DNA of 64,000 nucleotides from Camelus ferus. Its lineage: Eukaryota. Made by a program: the position numbers and the translations under genes. Where the stretch lies: NCBI RefSeq assembly GCF_009834535.1, contig NC_045697.1, forward strand, positions 14,634,001-14,698,000. The letters are read 5' to 3'. Shown here piece by piece: positions 38,300 to 50,110 of this stretch (the stretch's first letter is position 1; each line of letters begins with the position of its first letter). The notes under the pieces were generated by a model. The model saw only the letters and a list, made by a program, of their open reading frames with translations. It was not told the origin of the DNA and ran no database searches.

Positions 38300-38830
38300 A
38301 TAATTTTGTTAACCTCCTCTTGAAAGATAGGGACAATGAGCATTCCCTCAGCTGTACTAAGCTTCAGGCAAGTTTATTCCTGACCCCAGGCTCCTGACCT
38401 CCCTTTTCTTAGAGCAAGTACTTTACAAACCTTAAGATTGTAAATTTTTTCTATGCCTCTTTGAGATGTAAATCTTCTATAACCTAGAAATGTCTTTCTC
38501 AAGAACCTGATTATGTTTCATCTGAAATGTAATCATCAACAGAGATAGGCCTTCTATTTCCAATCCCTGGGGAGAGTAGGAGCCTGACTTCCAGAAGCAA
38601 CAATCACCAGACACAGATGGCCCTAATAACATTGACCAACCACTCCCCCTAATGCTCCAGTACTTCTCCATTAGCTCACTCCAACATTTAAAAATCCTCT
38701 CACCTTTTATCGCAGAGGAGTTGAGTTTAATCTCTCTTCTCTATTGCAGTAGTCTTGACTCTGGTTGCAATACTCTTGAATAAAGCTTTCCTTGCCTGTT
38801 AAATTTGTCCAGTGAAATTTTTCTTTTACA
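38300..38830 (+). mobile_element. ERV1-class solo LTR (MER34/MER39-like)
   Basis: gcttcaggcaagtttattcctgacc...ctttgagatgtaaatct...gaaatgtaatcatcaa...gaataaagctttccttgcc...ttttaca; 5' end uncertain. Confidence 0.75.
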
Positions 38831-41179
38831 CTGGCCCAAAGTTACCCAATTAGACAAGGCAAAGCTGAGATTATGTGTCAGATCATTTGTGCTCCTTTCA
38901 TATGGACTTGAGAGGGGATTTAAGTACAAGATGGTAGCCTGAATTCTTACCCTTAGAAGGGTATTATCCTGCAAGCATAATTTAATTCAGATGGCTTTGA
39001 TTTTTTACTTCTGAAAAGTGAGAAAGTTGGACTACATTCCTGGCTTCATAGCTGAATCTGGCATCCCCCTACAAGCCACCATAGACAAGGGAATAGGGGA
39101 CCAAGAGGAGTCTACATGGGGGCTCCAAGATCATCTATATTTAATAAGTAAAATTAACTAGGGTCAGGTTCTGACTTCATTACAAAGAAATAGGTACTGT
39201 TGCAGCTGAAGAAAATGTAACTATTGCATTCTGACATTTTTATGGGATCTTTTAATTCTAATATTTTGAGGCTCTTTCCAAACTTCAAACCCCATCCTAG
39301 GCTACGAAAACATATACAGCACTTCTCTCCTTCCCTCAGGGTCTGCTTTCAAAACGTCAGCTATCTCATATGTTAATACAATACTGTTGCTGGTAAACAG
39401 GTATCCAGTGAGTAGATACTCTTAAGATAATACATATTTGCATTTTGACAGGCTCTAACTTTGGACATAATTTCCAAATCCATTAAAAAAATCACTTCAG
39501 TAGTGAGAATTCCAGATCTCCAGATCAGGATAACTGGTGCAATTAACTTAATTATTCAAGTTATTGAGTGCCTACTGTAAGTAGACATTGCTTAGGCATT
39601 TCAGTGGAGTAAAAATAAAGTGGCCCTTGACCTCACAAGAATACAATCTAGTATAAGAAATTTCTTCCATTCTAAGAGCACTACGCCAAAGCACTCCTAG
39701 AATTCTAAATTTTAAAAAGTAGAACTGCTGATTGGGTTCTTTGCCATTTCAGTTCAGTAAGAATGCTTTAAATATAAAGTATGCGCATGATGTCTTAGAT
39801 CATACATTATGGGTAACAGGTGATTATGCAATTCCCAAGGGCAGAAAAGCTTGTATCTTTTCTCTCTGACCCTCCACCTTGCATGCACCTTGCACATATT
39901 AAGGGTTAAAACATGGATATTAAATGCATCAGTGAATATTTAAAAATTACTTGCTGCATTAACATTACAGCACATATAAAAAGCAAACTTTAAACAAAGT
40001 TTCCAATTATTTTGCCACTTTCCACAAGCTATTATATTTTTCCAAATTAAATTCAGCATTCAACCGTTAACCTTAGCTTGAACAAGCCCTATCTATTAGC
40101 ATGCCCCTGGTAGGTTTATCAAAAACATCTTTTCACTATTAAAGCCTCAACTTAGTTCAGCTACAAATCCCTGTGGACTTACTTAGTATAAGATACTATC
40201 ATTTCCATCTTCATTACAACATATTTTAATTATCTGCCTCAGAAATAAGGTCCCACCTCTTAATGAAAGTGGTTAGTCTGGGGGATCCAAAGGGCATAAG
40301 GCAGTTTCAAGACTTACTCTTGATTATATATGCAATTGTAAGTTAGAAAATATGCTTGAAAGTCAATGTAAGTTCTTATACCTTTTTCTCTAGTTGAAAA
40401 ACATAAATGTGACAGAATAGAGATTTTATTGTTTCCGTTTCACTTCTTTTCCAAAGCGGTGTTTTTCAGACTTGATGATAGTGCATCCAGGTGTCACCTA
40501 GCTTCATCTGGTGCCAGTTCCATTATTACTACTGGAGTTCATATGAAGGCTGCGGATTTACAGATCTAAGTTTAGTTCCAGCTATAGTAACCACGTGTCC
40601 TTAACAGTTCCTCAAGCTCCATGAGCTTAATTTCTTAATTTGTAGTCCTATTTGGGGGGCTTGGTGAGGGAATTAAATAACATAATACAATTAAAGTCTG
40701 AGCCTCATTCCTGGCATATGATTGGCATTCAGAAGTGTTAGTATTCATACTACTTTGCTTGCTTTCCCTTAAAAGTGCATTACGGTAAAAGTCTATCTCC
40801 TCAGGCCTTTAACTGCGTTCGTAAGTTCTCAGTCTCATCAGATGACTACATCTCCTGTGCTACCGGAAAGACGGATTATCAGAAGAGGACTCCCTCTACT
40901 TCTCCTCTTCTGACACCAAACTCCTGTGTCTTCTACCGTCTTTCTCTCTTCCTTTCGATCTTAGAGGAAGTAGAGCCTAGATCCTTTAAAAGACCCATTT
41001 CTCAGGACAAGGTTTACCCATTCCACTTGCTCTTCCATCAGGCCTTGCTCCATCATCCTCTGTCCTTTCAGTGAAGCTTCTGACTTTCTGCTTACTTTGG
41101 TTCACTTCCCTTAACCCTGAAAGTAGTTTTAGCCATATTCAATCCACAAATTATACTTCCCTTAAATCTATGCTAAGAA

Positions 41180-41560
41180 AATAATAGAGATGTCTCTAAA
41201 TATTTTTGCTCAAGGATGGCCATTGCGGAAACATAGTAGCAAACATTGGAAAATGCCCAAATGGCCAAGAATATAGATTGGTTAAATACATTAAGATATA
41301 TATATGTGGAGAGAGAGAGAGAGAGATGCTGGAATGTTTTGGAAAATTAACAAATGACATGGCAAAAATGTTAGTCATGAGCAGATATCTCAGATTTGTT
41401 TTAAAAATCATATAAATTAGTATGTGTGTGGGTCGATACAATGAAAAAAGATTAGAATGTCATTTTTGGCTCGTGAGATCAGGGTGCTTTAATTTTCTCT
41501 GAATTTTCTAAATTTCTTACAACAAATTTATGCTAATTTTATACTAGATAAGAAAACAAT
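41180..41560 (+). mobile_element. Ancient L1ME-type 3' fragment
   Basis: caaggatggccattgc...atagtagcaaacattggaaaatgcccaaatggcca...gattggttaaata...tttctaaatttcttacaac. Confidence 0.6.
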
Positions 41561-42330
41561 GCTTTTTTTGTACCCTGTCCTCTTCCAAATGACATCTTAT
41601 TTATTTTTTTCTTTTAGCTATCCGTCTCCTTAAAATACAGTCTACATCATCTGTCATTTAATCTTGACCCCAATGCCAACTCATGGAGCCCCCTCTATGG
41701 GTCATGCACTGTGCAAAGTACAGAGCAGGTCACTGAGGTAATAGTGATGGTGGTGGCTGAGGAGACTGTTCAGATAATAAATTTTTTTTTCCATCAAGGA
41801 CTTGTAACAGGCTGCTAAGAAATCAAGTAATCTTTCCATTGCATCTAATTATTCAAGTAGGAAGTCCACAAAGAACACAAATACACTGAAATGTTTATGA
41901 TGACACCATTTTTAATAAATGCCTAAAAACACAATTGCCCAAACTCTCATAAATCTGACTTCTGTGTCCTTCCAGAATCCATAAATAAATACTTAAAATG
42001 CTCTTAAAGTAACTCCAGATTAATTACGTGAATCAGACTTCCAGTTCCAGAGTTTATGACTAGAATTCCAATAATGCTTTTTTATTTATGTTGTTTACAA
42101 ACAAGAAAAAAGATTGATTTACAATAACAAATACTAAAATAACTGTGTGTTTAGAGTTCTACTTTAGAAATATTAAAATATAATTTTTTTTTAATGTTGG
42201 TGAGTTGCAATGGTTTCTCTCCTCCATGTGCTCCCCCACGCCCCTCCTACTTTGAATACTTCTAGGCAAATATACATAAGAATGACTAAATTAGGCCTTC
42301 ACAGATAGCACATCTCAATTAAAAATGCAA

Positions 42331-42332
<2 letters not shown>

Positions 42333-42379
<47 letters not shown>

Positions 42380-42398
42380 TTATCAATCTATCAATCTA
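42333..42398. repeat. (TATC)11 tetranucleotide microsatellite with degenerate extension
   Basis: Eleven perfect TATC units at 42333-42376, then tatt/tatc/aatc variants. Confidence 0.97.
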
Positions 42399-43032
42399 TA
42401 GTATCTTCATGTAGTAAATACAACACTGACCACAACGTGTTTATATAGTAACATCCTAATCTTCTGATTACAGGGATATACTTAAAGGCTTATATTAGAA
42501 AGAAGGATCTGTTTTAAATTTAGACTCCAGGTAGAGTGACTTCTTCCACTAAGGCAACCTCTTTGCTAATTTTAGTATATACTAGGTTTCAAACACTGAG
42601 GATATAACTTGAAACAACGTGATGTGACATTTACATAGCAATTACAGTATATTCTTGTGCAGTAGTGGCACCTGAGATGGGCACTCAACCTGACTTGGGG
42701 GTTAGGAATACATTCCTTAAGGAAGTGACAGGCAGCTAAGAACTAAAGAGTTAGTCTAAGAAGGGGTCAGGGTAGACTGACAAGCTTTGTCAATTAATAT
42801 TATTTGATTAAATGTCCTTGACTTGCCTGGCTCCACACCTGAAAAGAGGAGAGGAAAAATCAGCCACTCTCTAGACATTAAAGTTGAAACTTCTCTTAAG
42901 ACTGATTATCAGTGGTATTTCAGATCACATGTTAGATCTTCTGGTTTGCTCATCACGAAGTTTCCCCTGGAGGAGGGGGCATTACTTAGACCACACTCTG
43001 ACTCTCAAGGCCTCTGAATTCTTATTTATCTG

Positions 43033-43115
43033 TTCATTCACCCATCCATCCACTCATCCATCCGTTCCTCCATCCATCTATCCATCTGTTCATCCATTCA
43101 TCCAACCATCCATTC
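43033..43115. repeat. (CATC/CATT)n repeat, likely an expanded L2 tail
   Basis: ttcattcacccatccatccactcatccatcc...; followed by L2-like antisense sequence. Confidence 0.85.
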
Positions 43116-44459
43116 AAACTAACCATATGTACCTTATAAACTACATGGTGTCATGCTTGATATTGTGATCATAAAAAATTGTAAAACTACTCTACTTAGG
43201 GAGTTTTCAATCTAATAGACAGCTTAAGTCAAGCACCAGTGGTCGGTACAGGCAGAATGCTAAGAAAGTTCAGAGACTCCATGTATTTGAATAAGCGTGA
43301 GCCCTGCCTCCTTTTTGACAACTATGCAGCTTTTCTTCTGCCCTCACTGCATTCACTGCATATACCATTACTACAGACACCATAATTCTTTTCTTTGGGC
43401 CTTTAGCATTCATTGTGGGAACATTATTTATCAGATAGTAAAATCTTGAAACTTAATAAAACAAACATAGAAGAGATTTATGACTAACACTGGTACAATT
43501 GTGCCCTTGGGTCAAACATTTGCTTTACTAAATGCCAAAGAGTCTCCAGTTTCTAGCAATAAAACATGATTTCATTCGCCTTCAGCACTGTTAGAATGCC
43601 TCTATGGTAGCTTTTAGTCAGAGGAAATATAATTATGGCTATACCTTCACTGATACTGGATGCTGTAAGTGGACATTCAGACCAATTAGAAAGAAGAATG
43701 TCTGGAAAAGAATGCTCAAGAGAAAGAAAGCCGTTGGCCTTTCAATGACAGAATAAGGCAAGGATATTTGGAATATTAGATGCAGGTCACCTATGTACAC
43801 GGTGAAATATCTTGAGAAATGCTGTAGAAGTTATGAATAAGGAAAACTTTTTAGCACACACAGCCTGGATGATGGAAGGGTTTGCCTCATTTCCTTGCTC
43901 AAAGCCATCCAGTGACTGCTTACCGCAATTAGAATGAGGCTCTTCAGAGGGACGGGCAGAGTGTTTGCAGCACCAGATAAGACATTTTCTCATTCTTTGC
44001 CTTCCTATTTAAGGCTCTGCAGGATCACAGCCCTGCTACCTCTTATACATCATCCCCTCCACATCTTTTTCTCCACACTCCAATGGCAGGAGCCGTCGTT
44101 CTGCTCCCTGAACCTTCTCTAACATTCCTCTTGCCTCTGCACTCGCTGTGCCTTCTGCCTGGGTGGCTCTTACACCTCGATCTCTGCAGAATGGATTCTC
44201 TCTTCATATTCAGATCTCAGCTCTAGTGTTATCTCCTCAGAGACGTCTCTGGCTACCCAGTCAGGAGGAGCCCAACTCCTCTATCATCCTCCCATCGCTC
44301 CTCCCAGACCGCCACACCCTATGCCTACTGTTACATTTGACTTTCCTTATGGCTTATTTTGTAACCTATTTCACAATAATTGTAAAGTAATTACTTGTTA
44401 CTGTAAATTACTGTTGATCTGCTGGTTAGTAGGCTTGTCTACTGTTTTCTTGTTTATTG

Positions 44460-44700
44460 AGAGGTAGTAGAGAGCAGAGGTTAAGAACAGACGCTGGAGT
44501 CAGCTTGGGTTTTGAATCTCATCTCTACCACTCATTGTTTGGATGACCACAGGCAAGTTACTTAACTTCCCTGCGCTTCAATTTCTTCATGAACAAAATT
44601 GGGATAGAAATAGCACCTACCTAATAGGGATGTTATGAGAATTAAATAAACTAATCAAAAGAAATCACCTGGAATAGAGCTTGGCACAGAGCGGCACTAA
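44460..44700 (+). mobile_element. MIR, near full length
   Basis: ggttaagaacagacgctggagtcag...ggcaagttacttaacttccctgcgcttcaatttcttcat...agcacctacctaataggg...gagaattaaata. Confidence 0.9.
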
Positions 44701-44933
44701 GTAAATCAGTAGTAGCAGTGGTAGTAATAGTAGTAATAATAATAGTAATAGTGGTAGTAAGAGTAATAGTAATAATAGTAGCAGCAGCACTAAGTAAATC
44801 AGTGGTAGTAGTGGTAGTAGTAGTAGTAATTAGTAGTAGTAATAGTAGTAGTAATAGTGGTAGTGAGAGTAATGGTAATAGTAGTAGCAGCAGCACTAAG
44901 TAGATCAGTGGTGGTAGCGGTAGCAGCAGTAGC
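44694..44933. repeat. Compound (TAG/TAA/TGG/CAG)n repeat with triplicated 17-bp MIR-tail motif
   Basis: gcactaagtaratcagt at 44694, 44787 and 44893, separated by trinucleotide arrays. Confidence 0.92.
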
Positions 44934-45370
44934 AATTGTCCTCTCCATCCGTTAGAACGACAGGAGTAGACATTGAACCCTCTAGGTCAGTGTCAAATCC
45001 CTGGAATCTGGCACAGCATCTGGCTATAGTGGATACTCAATCAATACTGGTTGAGTAAATGTTTTACAGGAGAATTCCCTGAGGAAGATAAGAAATGTTC
45101 AGGGGACTAGATCTAAAAAAGCAGTTTAAACCAGTGATGAAAGGAAAGTCATTGTTACATAATGATGGGGGAGAGACGGGGAAGTGTTAGCACAATTAGC
45201 TGTAACCTGAGATTAATGAGGCCAGGGCGTTAGGTTTGACACCTCTGTATGTTCCACCTCGGTTTGCTCTCTCCTGTGATCACTTACTCGGCTTTCCTAC
45301 TGCTAGTAAGCCTGTCTTATTCACGAACGCCTGGAAGCAGGGAGAAAGCGAATGAAGAAATAAACATCTA

Positions 45371-45638
45371 CCAATTATGACTAAGGAAAATTCACCCAAA
45401 AACGTGTTCCTTATAAACAGTGGGGGTGCTTCTCGGCACTGGGAACACAGCAAGAGACTTCAGTGCTAGCTCTCCGCTGAGTGCAAACCGCCTAACACAC
45501 AGGACCCCATACCAGTGACATTTCTGGTGCTTAACGTCTCCCTCCCGAGACTGAAGTTGAAATTTGAGAAATTGGGAATGTTTAGTCTTCTCCTTTCCTG
45601 AAATATTTTTAGCTGCCACCAGGTGGTACTAGGTAAGC
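45371..45638 (+). promoter_or_regulatory. Candidate Pol II promoter and first exon (CCAAT, TATAAA, splice donor)
   Basis: ccaat 45371-75; tataaa 45412-17; donor TAG/gtaagc after 45632; sequence not recognisably repeat-derived. Confidence 0.25.
45613..45631 (+). promoter_or_regulatory. CTCF-like motif (near-palindromic)
   Basis: ctgccaccaggtggtacta; one core mismatch on either strand. Confidence 0.5.
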
Positions 45639-46508
45639 ACATCCAAATAGGAAAACACAATTTTATTATATACGAAATTGCCAAGAGTTGCAAAAAGTTG
45701 TTCTCCTTTAGTATAATGTCTAGAAACACGTATCTTGTGTAACTCAGAGTACACATCACTCTTGATTTGGACTTTAAAAAAAAGTTCGGTTTTCTCTAAA
45801 GTTCAAATTGTGCTCAGATTTCGGAGAAAATTTCATCTTCTTATGACTCAGATTTTTATTTTAGGGAAGTTTTTGTTTTTCTCAGTAAGTTACACAGATT
45901 TCCAGGCTCCAGAGAAAGTCTTTATATTTCCCTCCTTGGACATTTACCTCACACTTTGCCAGGAGCTTTTCTTATTCTAATTTTCCTCCCTGATCCATAG
46001 CTTCATTCTTTTGCCTGCCTCAGTTTACTCATCTGTGAAAAGGGGATAGAAATACATGCCCTACCAGGTTCTGCGAATGTGAAAGCTTGTCAAATCTCTG
46101 AGTAAAAGGTAGCTGATCGTTATCATTAACATCTTTCCGGATCTTTCCAGCTAATACTTAGGGGCAAAATACTTCCAGTTCATTTTCCCTATCTGAGAGA
46201 GAAGTTTAACTCTTTTTTTTTTCATTCATTTCCACAAATGGCAAATGGGTCCACACTAGCCACCTGCTACCCCAGCAAACAGCAATGAGAAGACCATCAG
46301 AAAGAATAATTTCTACTGGCTGAACACAAGCTCTTTGCCACTTTTTTTTCCACTGTCCTCTTCATTTCTGACCCTTTAACTGCACTGCTCATTGCTCAAA
46401 GTTCGGTACATCTTACAAGGCTGGCTCAAAACACAGACTTTCTCTCTTGTCTACAGTATTAAGAGATGCCTTCCTTTCTTGATTTCAATCATAAATAGCT
46501 GAAGTCTT

Positions 46509-47270
46509 TTTTTTTTTTTTAAGTATTGTCGATTTACAATGTTGAGTTAGTTGTGTTAACTTCTGGTGTACAGTATAGTGATTCAGTTTTATATATAGAT
46601 ATATTCCTTTTCATATTCTTTTTCAATATAGGCCATTGCAAAGTATTGAGTATAGTTCCCTGAGCTATATAGCAGGACCTTCTTGTTTGTCTATTTTATA
46701 TAGAGTAGTTAGTATCTACAAATCTCAAACTCCAATTTATCCCTCCCCACATCCTTTCCCCCTGGTAACCATAAGTTTGTTTTCTATGTCTGTGAGTCTG
46801 TTGTTTTGTAAATAAGTTCATTTGTGTCCTTTTTTTATTTTTAGATTCCACATATAAGTGATACCATGTGGTATTTGTCTTTCTCTTTCTGACTTTCTTC
46901 ACTTAATATGATAATCTCTAGGTCCATTCATGTTGCTGCAAATGGCATTATATTTTATGGCTGAGTAGTATTTCATTGTATAGATATACCACATCTTCTT
47001 TACCCAGTCATCAGTCGATGGACATTTAGGTTGCTTCCATGCCTTTGTTATTGTAAATATTGCTGCTATGAATAGCGGGGTGCATGTACCTTTTCGAATT
47101 AGAATTTCCTCTGAATATATGCCCACGAGTGGGATTGCTGGATTATAGGGTAAGTCTATTTTCAATTTTTAAAGAAATCGCCACACTGTTTTCCACTGGA
47201 TGCACCAAACTACATTCCCACCAACAGTGTAGGAGGGCTCCCTATTCTACACACCCTCTGCAGCATTTAT
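46509..47270 (-). mobile_element. L1 3' end with ORF2 C-terminal remnant
   Basis: ORF 46899-47165 gives LPYNPAIPLVGIY...TCTPLFIAAIFTITKAWKQPKCPSTDDWVKKMWYIYTMKYYSAIK, the L1 ORF2 C-terminus; poly-T at about 46507; degenerate TSD. Confidence 0.95.
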
Positions 47271-48769
47271 CAACAAACAGCCTAACTCTTATTCCCAAGT
47301 AAATAACTACCTCTATTTGCCTTCCTGCTCACATGTACACTTTATCAAGTATATCTATAATACCTTTTGAAAAATATTTATTCCCTCTTTCCTTTCTCTC
47401 TGCTATTCTCTTATTACTTTAATAGTTTTCTACACCAAACTTTTATTATCCTAAAGATGACAGCCAAGTTATCATAAGGAGTCAATGATTTTCTGAGGGA
47501 AGTATGTATCTAGCCTAATTCACACTGAAACACACCTAGCAATGTCCACAGATATTTCCAGCAAAGGCCCCTGCTGTGGTCACAGAACCACTGAAGTATA
47601 TCAGAAGATATTTAAAGTCCATATACTCTGGGGAAGCAAGTACTGGGCCCAGGGTAAAGTAAGAGAGAGAGAATACAGATAAATACATTCTCCTGAAGTA
47701 TACATATCACCTTATCAAGCATCTCTAAATGAAATTAGTTCGAATTCCTAATCTTATTTAAAAATTCACTTATTAAAGTAGGATTTAGATAGCAGTCAAG
47801 CAAGCAGCACTTTGTACACTTGGGTAAGACATACAATTTTCCTTCCTGCCTTTCTCACTTCTTTTTTTTTTTTTTAATAGCCAAACTCAGGTTTTGAGGA
47901 AAAAATGGCCACCAATCATCGTATTTTATGGTGGCATTGATTTTAACATTTTTCTAGACTCCATATGTTTGGCTTAAGGCAACATGGGTATTTTCTCATT
48001 TCATCTTCTTCTGGGCACTATGGTGATAAGTAATTCATTTCTTTTGTTACCGCTAAGGGATAGCTCAGCTGAAACCAATAAACATCAATGTTACCATTTA
48101 CATGGGTGTATGGTCCACTACGGACAATCCTCAAGACCACAGCAAATTTATTTTTCAAACAGTGATTTTACATGCACATTTAAATTTCTCATTCCAACTA
48201 AGCAAATACGAAATTCCAAGGAAGCTCATTGTGTATGACTAGAGACAGCAGAATTCAAGGGTTATCTAATGGCAGAAGTAATACATAGATAATAAGATCA
48301 TTGATATTTATTAAAGGCAGAGGAACATACAAGAGACTGTGGCAAACTGCAAAGGGCATAACCTCTAAGGGCAACACCTGCTCATTCAGTCTCACTGAGA
48401 AGATGTCTACTTATTTTATCGAAATTCATTTTTGCTTATTTTAAGTGTGCTTGTTTGTCCTCTGCTAGGAACAGAGGAAGCTGGGTGAGAAATGTAATAG
48501 GGTTTTTATTATTCAAAAGAACAGAGGAGAATCATTTTCCAGGAACATATTGCCTGCAGGTCCGTCTGTACCAGCAATCTGATGACTCTGGCACTAGGAC
48601 AGGTAGATGTTCCTTACTCTTTGTCCAGCATTTCCTTCTTCTGCAAGTTTTTAATTCTACCTGCAGATCATTCACTCTCTATGCTTGATACATCCTGACA
48701 ATCTACTGCTCCCATTCTAACTGGACTGAGACAAAATGACAGCAAATACAGAATAAGCTCCTGGCTAGG

Positions 48770-49020
48770 GTGGCAGGAGACAGGCTCTGTAGCCAGCAGC
48801 CCTGGTAGTGAAACTTGACTGTGTACTTTACTAGCCTTTGACTTTAGGAATTTCACTCAATGTTTCTAAGTCTCAATGTTCTCATTTGTCAAATGGGTCT
48901 AACAGTACCAACAGCAGTAACTGCAGCAGCAACTCTCAGTTCATCAGGTTGGTGTGACAGTAAAATGAGGAAACCTTTATGAATCATGCAGCAACTGGCA
49001 CTTGGTGGGCAGCCAAGAAT
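48770..49020 (+). mobile_element. MIR
   Basis: acaggctctgtagccag...ctttgactttaggaatttcactcaatgtttctaagtctcaatgttctcatttgtcaaatggg. Confidence 0.75.
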
Positions 49021-49839
49021 ACCACCTCTTTAGGTGGAGGAAAGGCTCGTCATACCTAACAGTTTTGTCACGGAATTATCTTCCTGATGAATTTTGAGTG
49101 GTGACAACACTGTTCCAAAGAATTCCTTTTGCAATTGCCTTATAGATGCAGTTTTATAAAAGGGGACAGCTTCTTGTTGGATTGAAGAAAAAATTAGCAG
49201 AGGAAAAACAAATCTTCAAAGCAAAACCTGTGGCTAACTGTATCCTGCTTTTAATCACTTAAACTGCGAAATCCACAGCGGCAAGCCACCACAAGCCAGA
49301 GATCCCTAACAAGCACTTGACCCAAGTAAGACATTAAATCAAAGTGTGGCTTTTTCTCTCTTCCCAATTAGCATGAAAATATGTTGAAGGTGATAATAAC
49401 AATAATTTACTGTAACATTTCTTATGTTACTGTTTTTAAAAATTATGACTATATTATGTATAGAGAATTGCTAAGAAACTCAGTTCAGTCTTTAGCAAAT
49501 TAAACACACACTGTTGAAAGAGTATCGTGAATTGATGATTTTTGCAATTACGTTAAAAAAAGCTTCCTGACATAGGTAATGCCCATCCCTCCAAATGTAT
49601 GTTAGGACTTTCTGTCTCTGTTGAGTGTTATCACCCTTCCCACAGTAGCAGCCTGGACTTTTCCTTCATGCATTAACCATCATGGTAATGGATTAATTAC
49701 TAATATAGCTATTTGTTCAAGATCTAACTCACTAACTAAAGAGCAATATCTCTAAAATCAGGAGTCATGCCTGTTCACTATTCCACCCTTAGACTCTGGA
49801 AAGAAGTTGAGCACATGGTAAACCCTCAAGAAAAGTGGG

Positions 49840-50110
49840 GAGGCAGAATGGGCCATGGTGAGGAGCCAAGTCAGCTTTAGACTCAGAAAGACCTGGATTT
49901 GAATCTGGATAAAACCAGACTCTACACGCAAACACATATTTGCGAAAAACTGCTAAATTCCCTAATTGGTTTCCTCTTCGATAAAATGAGGAGAATAATA
50001 CTTACATTGTAGAGCTATTGTAAAGAGTAAAAGAAAAAAAAATACCAAACACATAGGATTATACCTGATACATGCCAAGGGTTTCATGAAGAATTGCTGT
50101 CAATATCACG
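49840..50110 (+). mobile_element. MIR
   Basis: gctttagactcagaaagacctggatttgaatctgg...ggtttcctcttcgataaaatgaggagaataatacttac. Confidence 0.75.

Noticed and set aside
44651..44935. Poly-Leu/Thr and poly-Val/Ser ORFs that look like signal or transmembrane peptides
   Set aside because: Translation artefacts of the trinucleotide repeat
46696..47302. ORFs with protein-like sequence
   Set aside because: Truncated, frameshifted L1 ORF2/3' UTR, not a host gene
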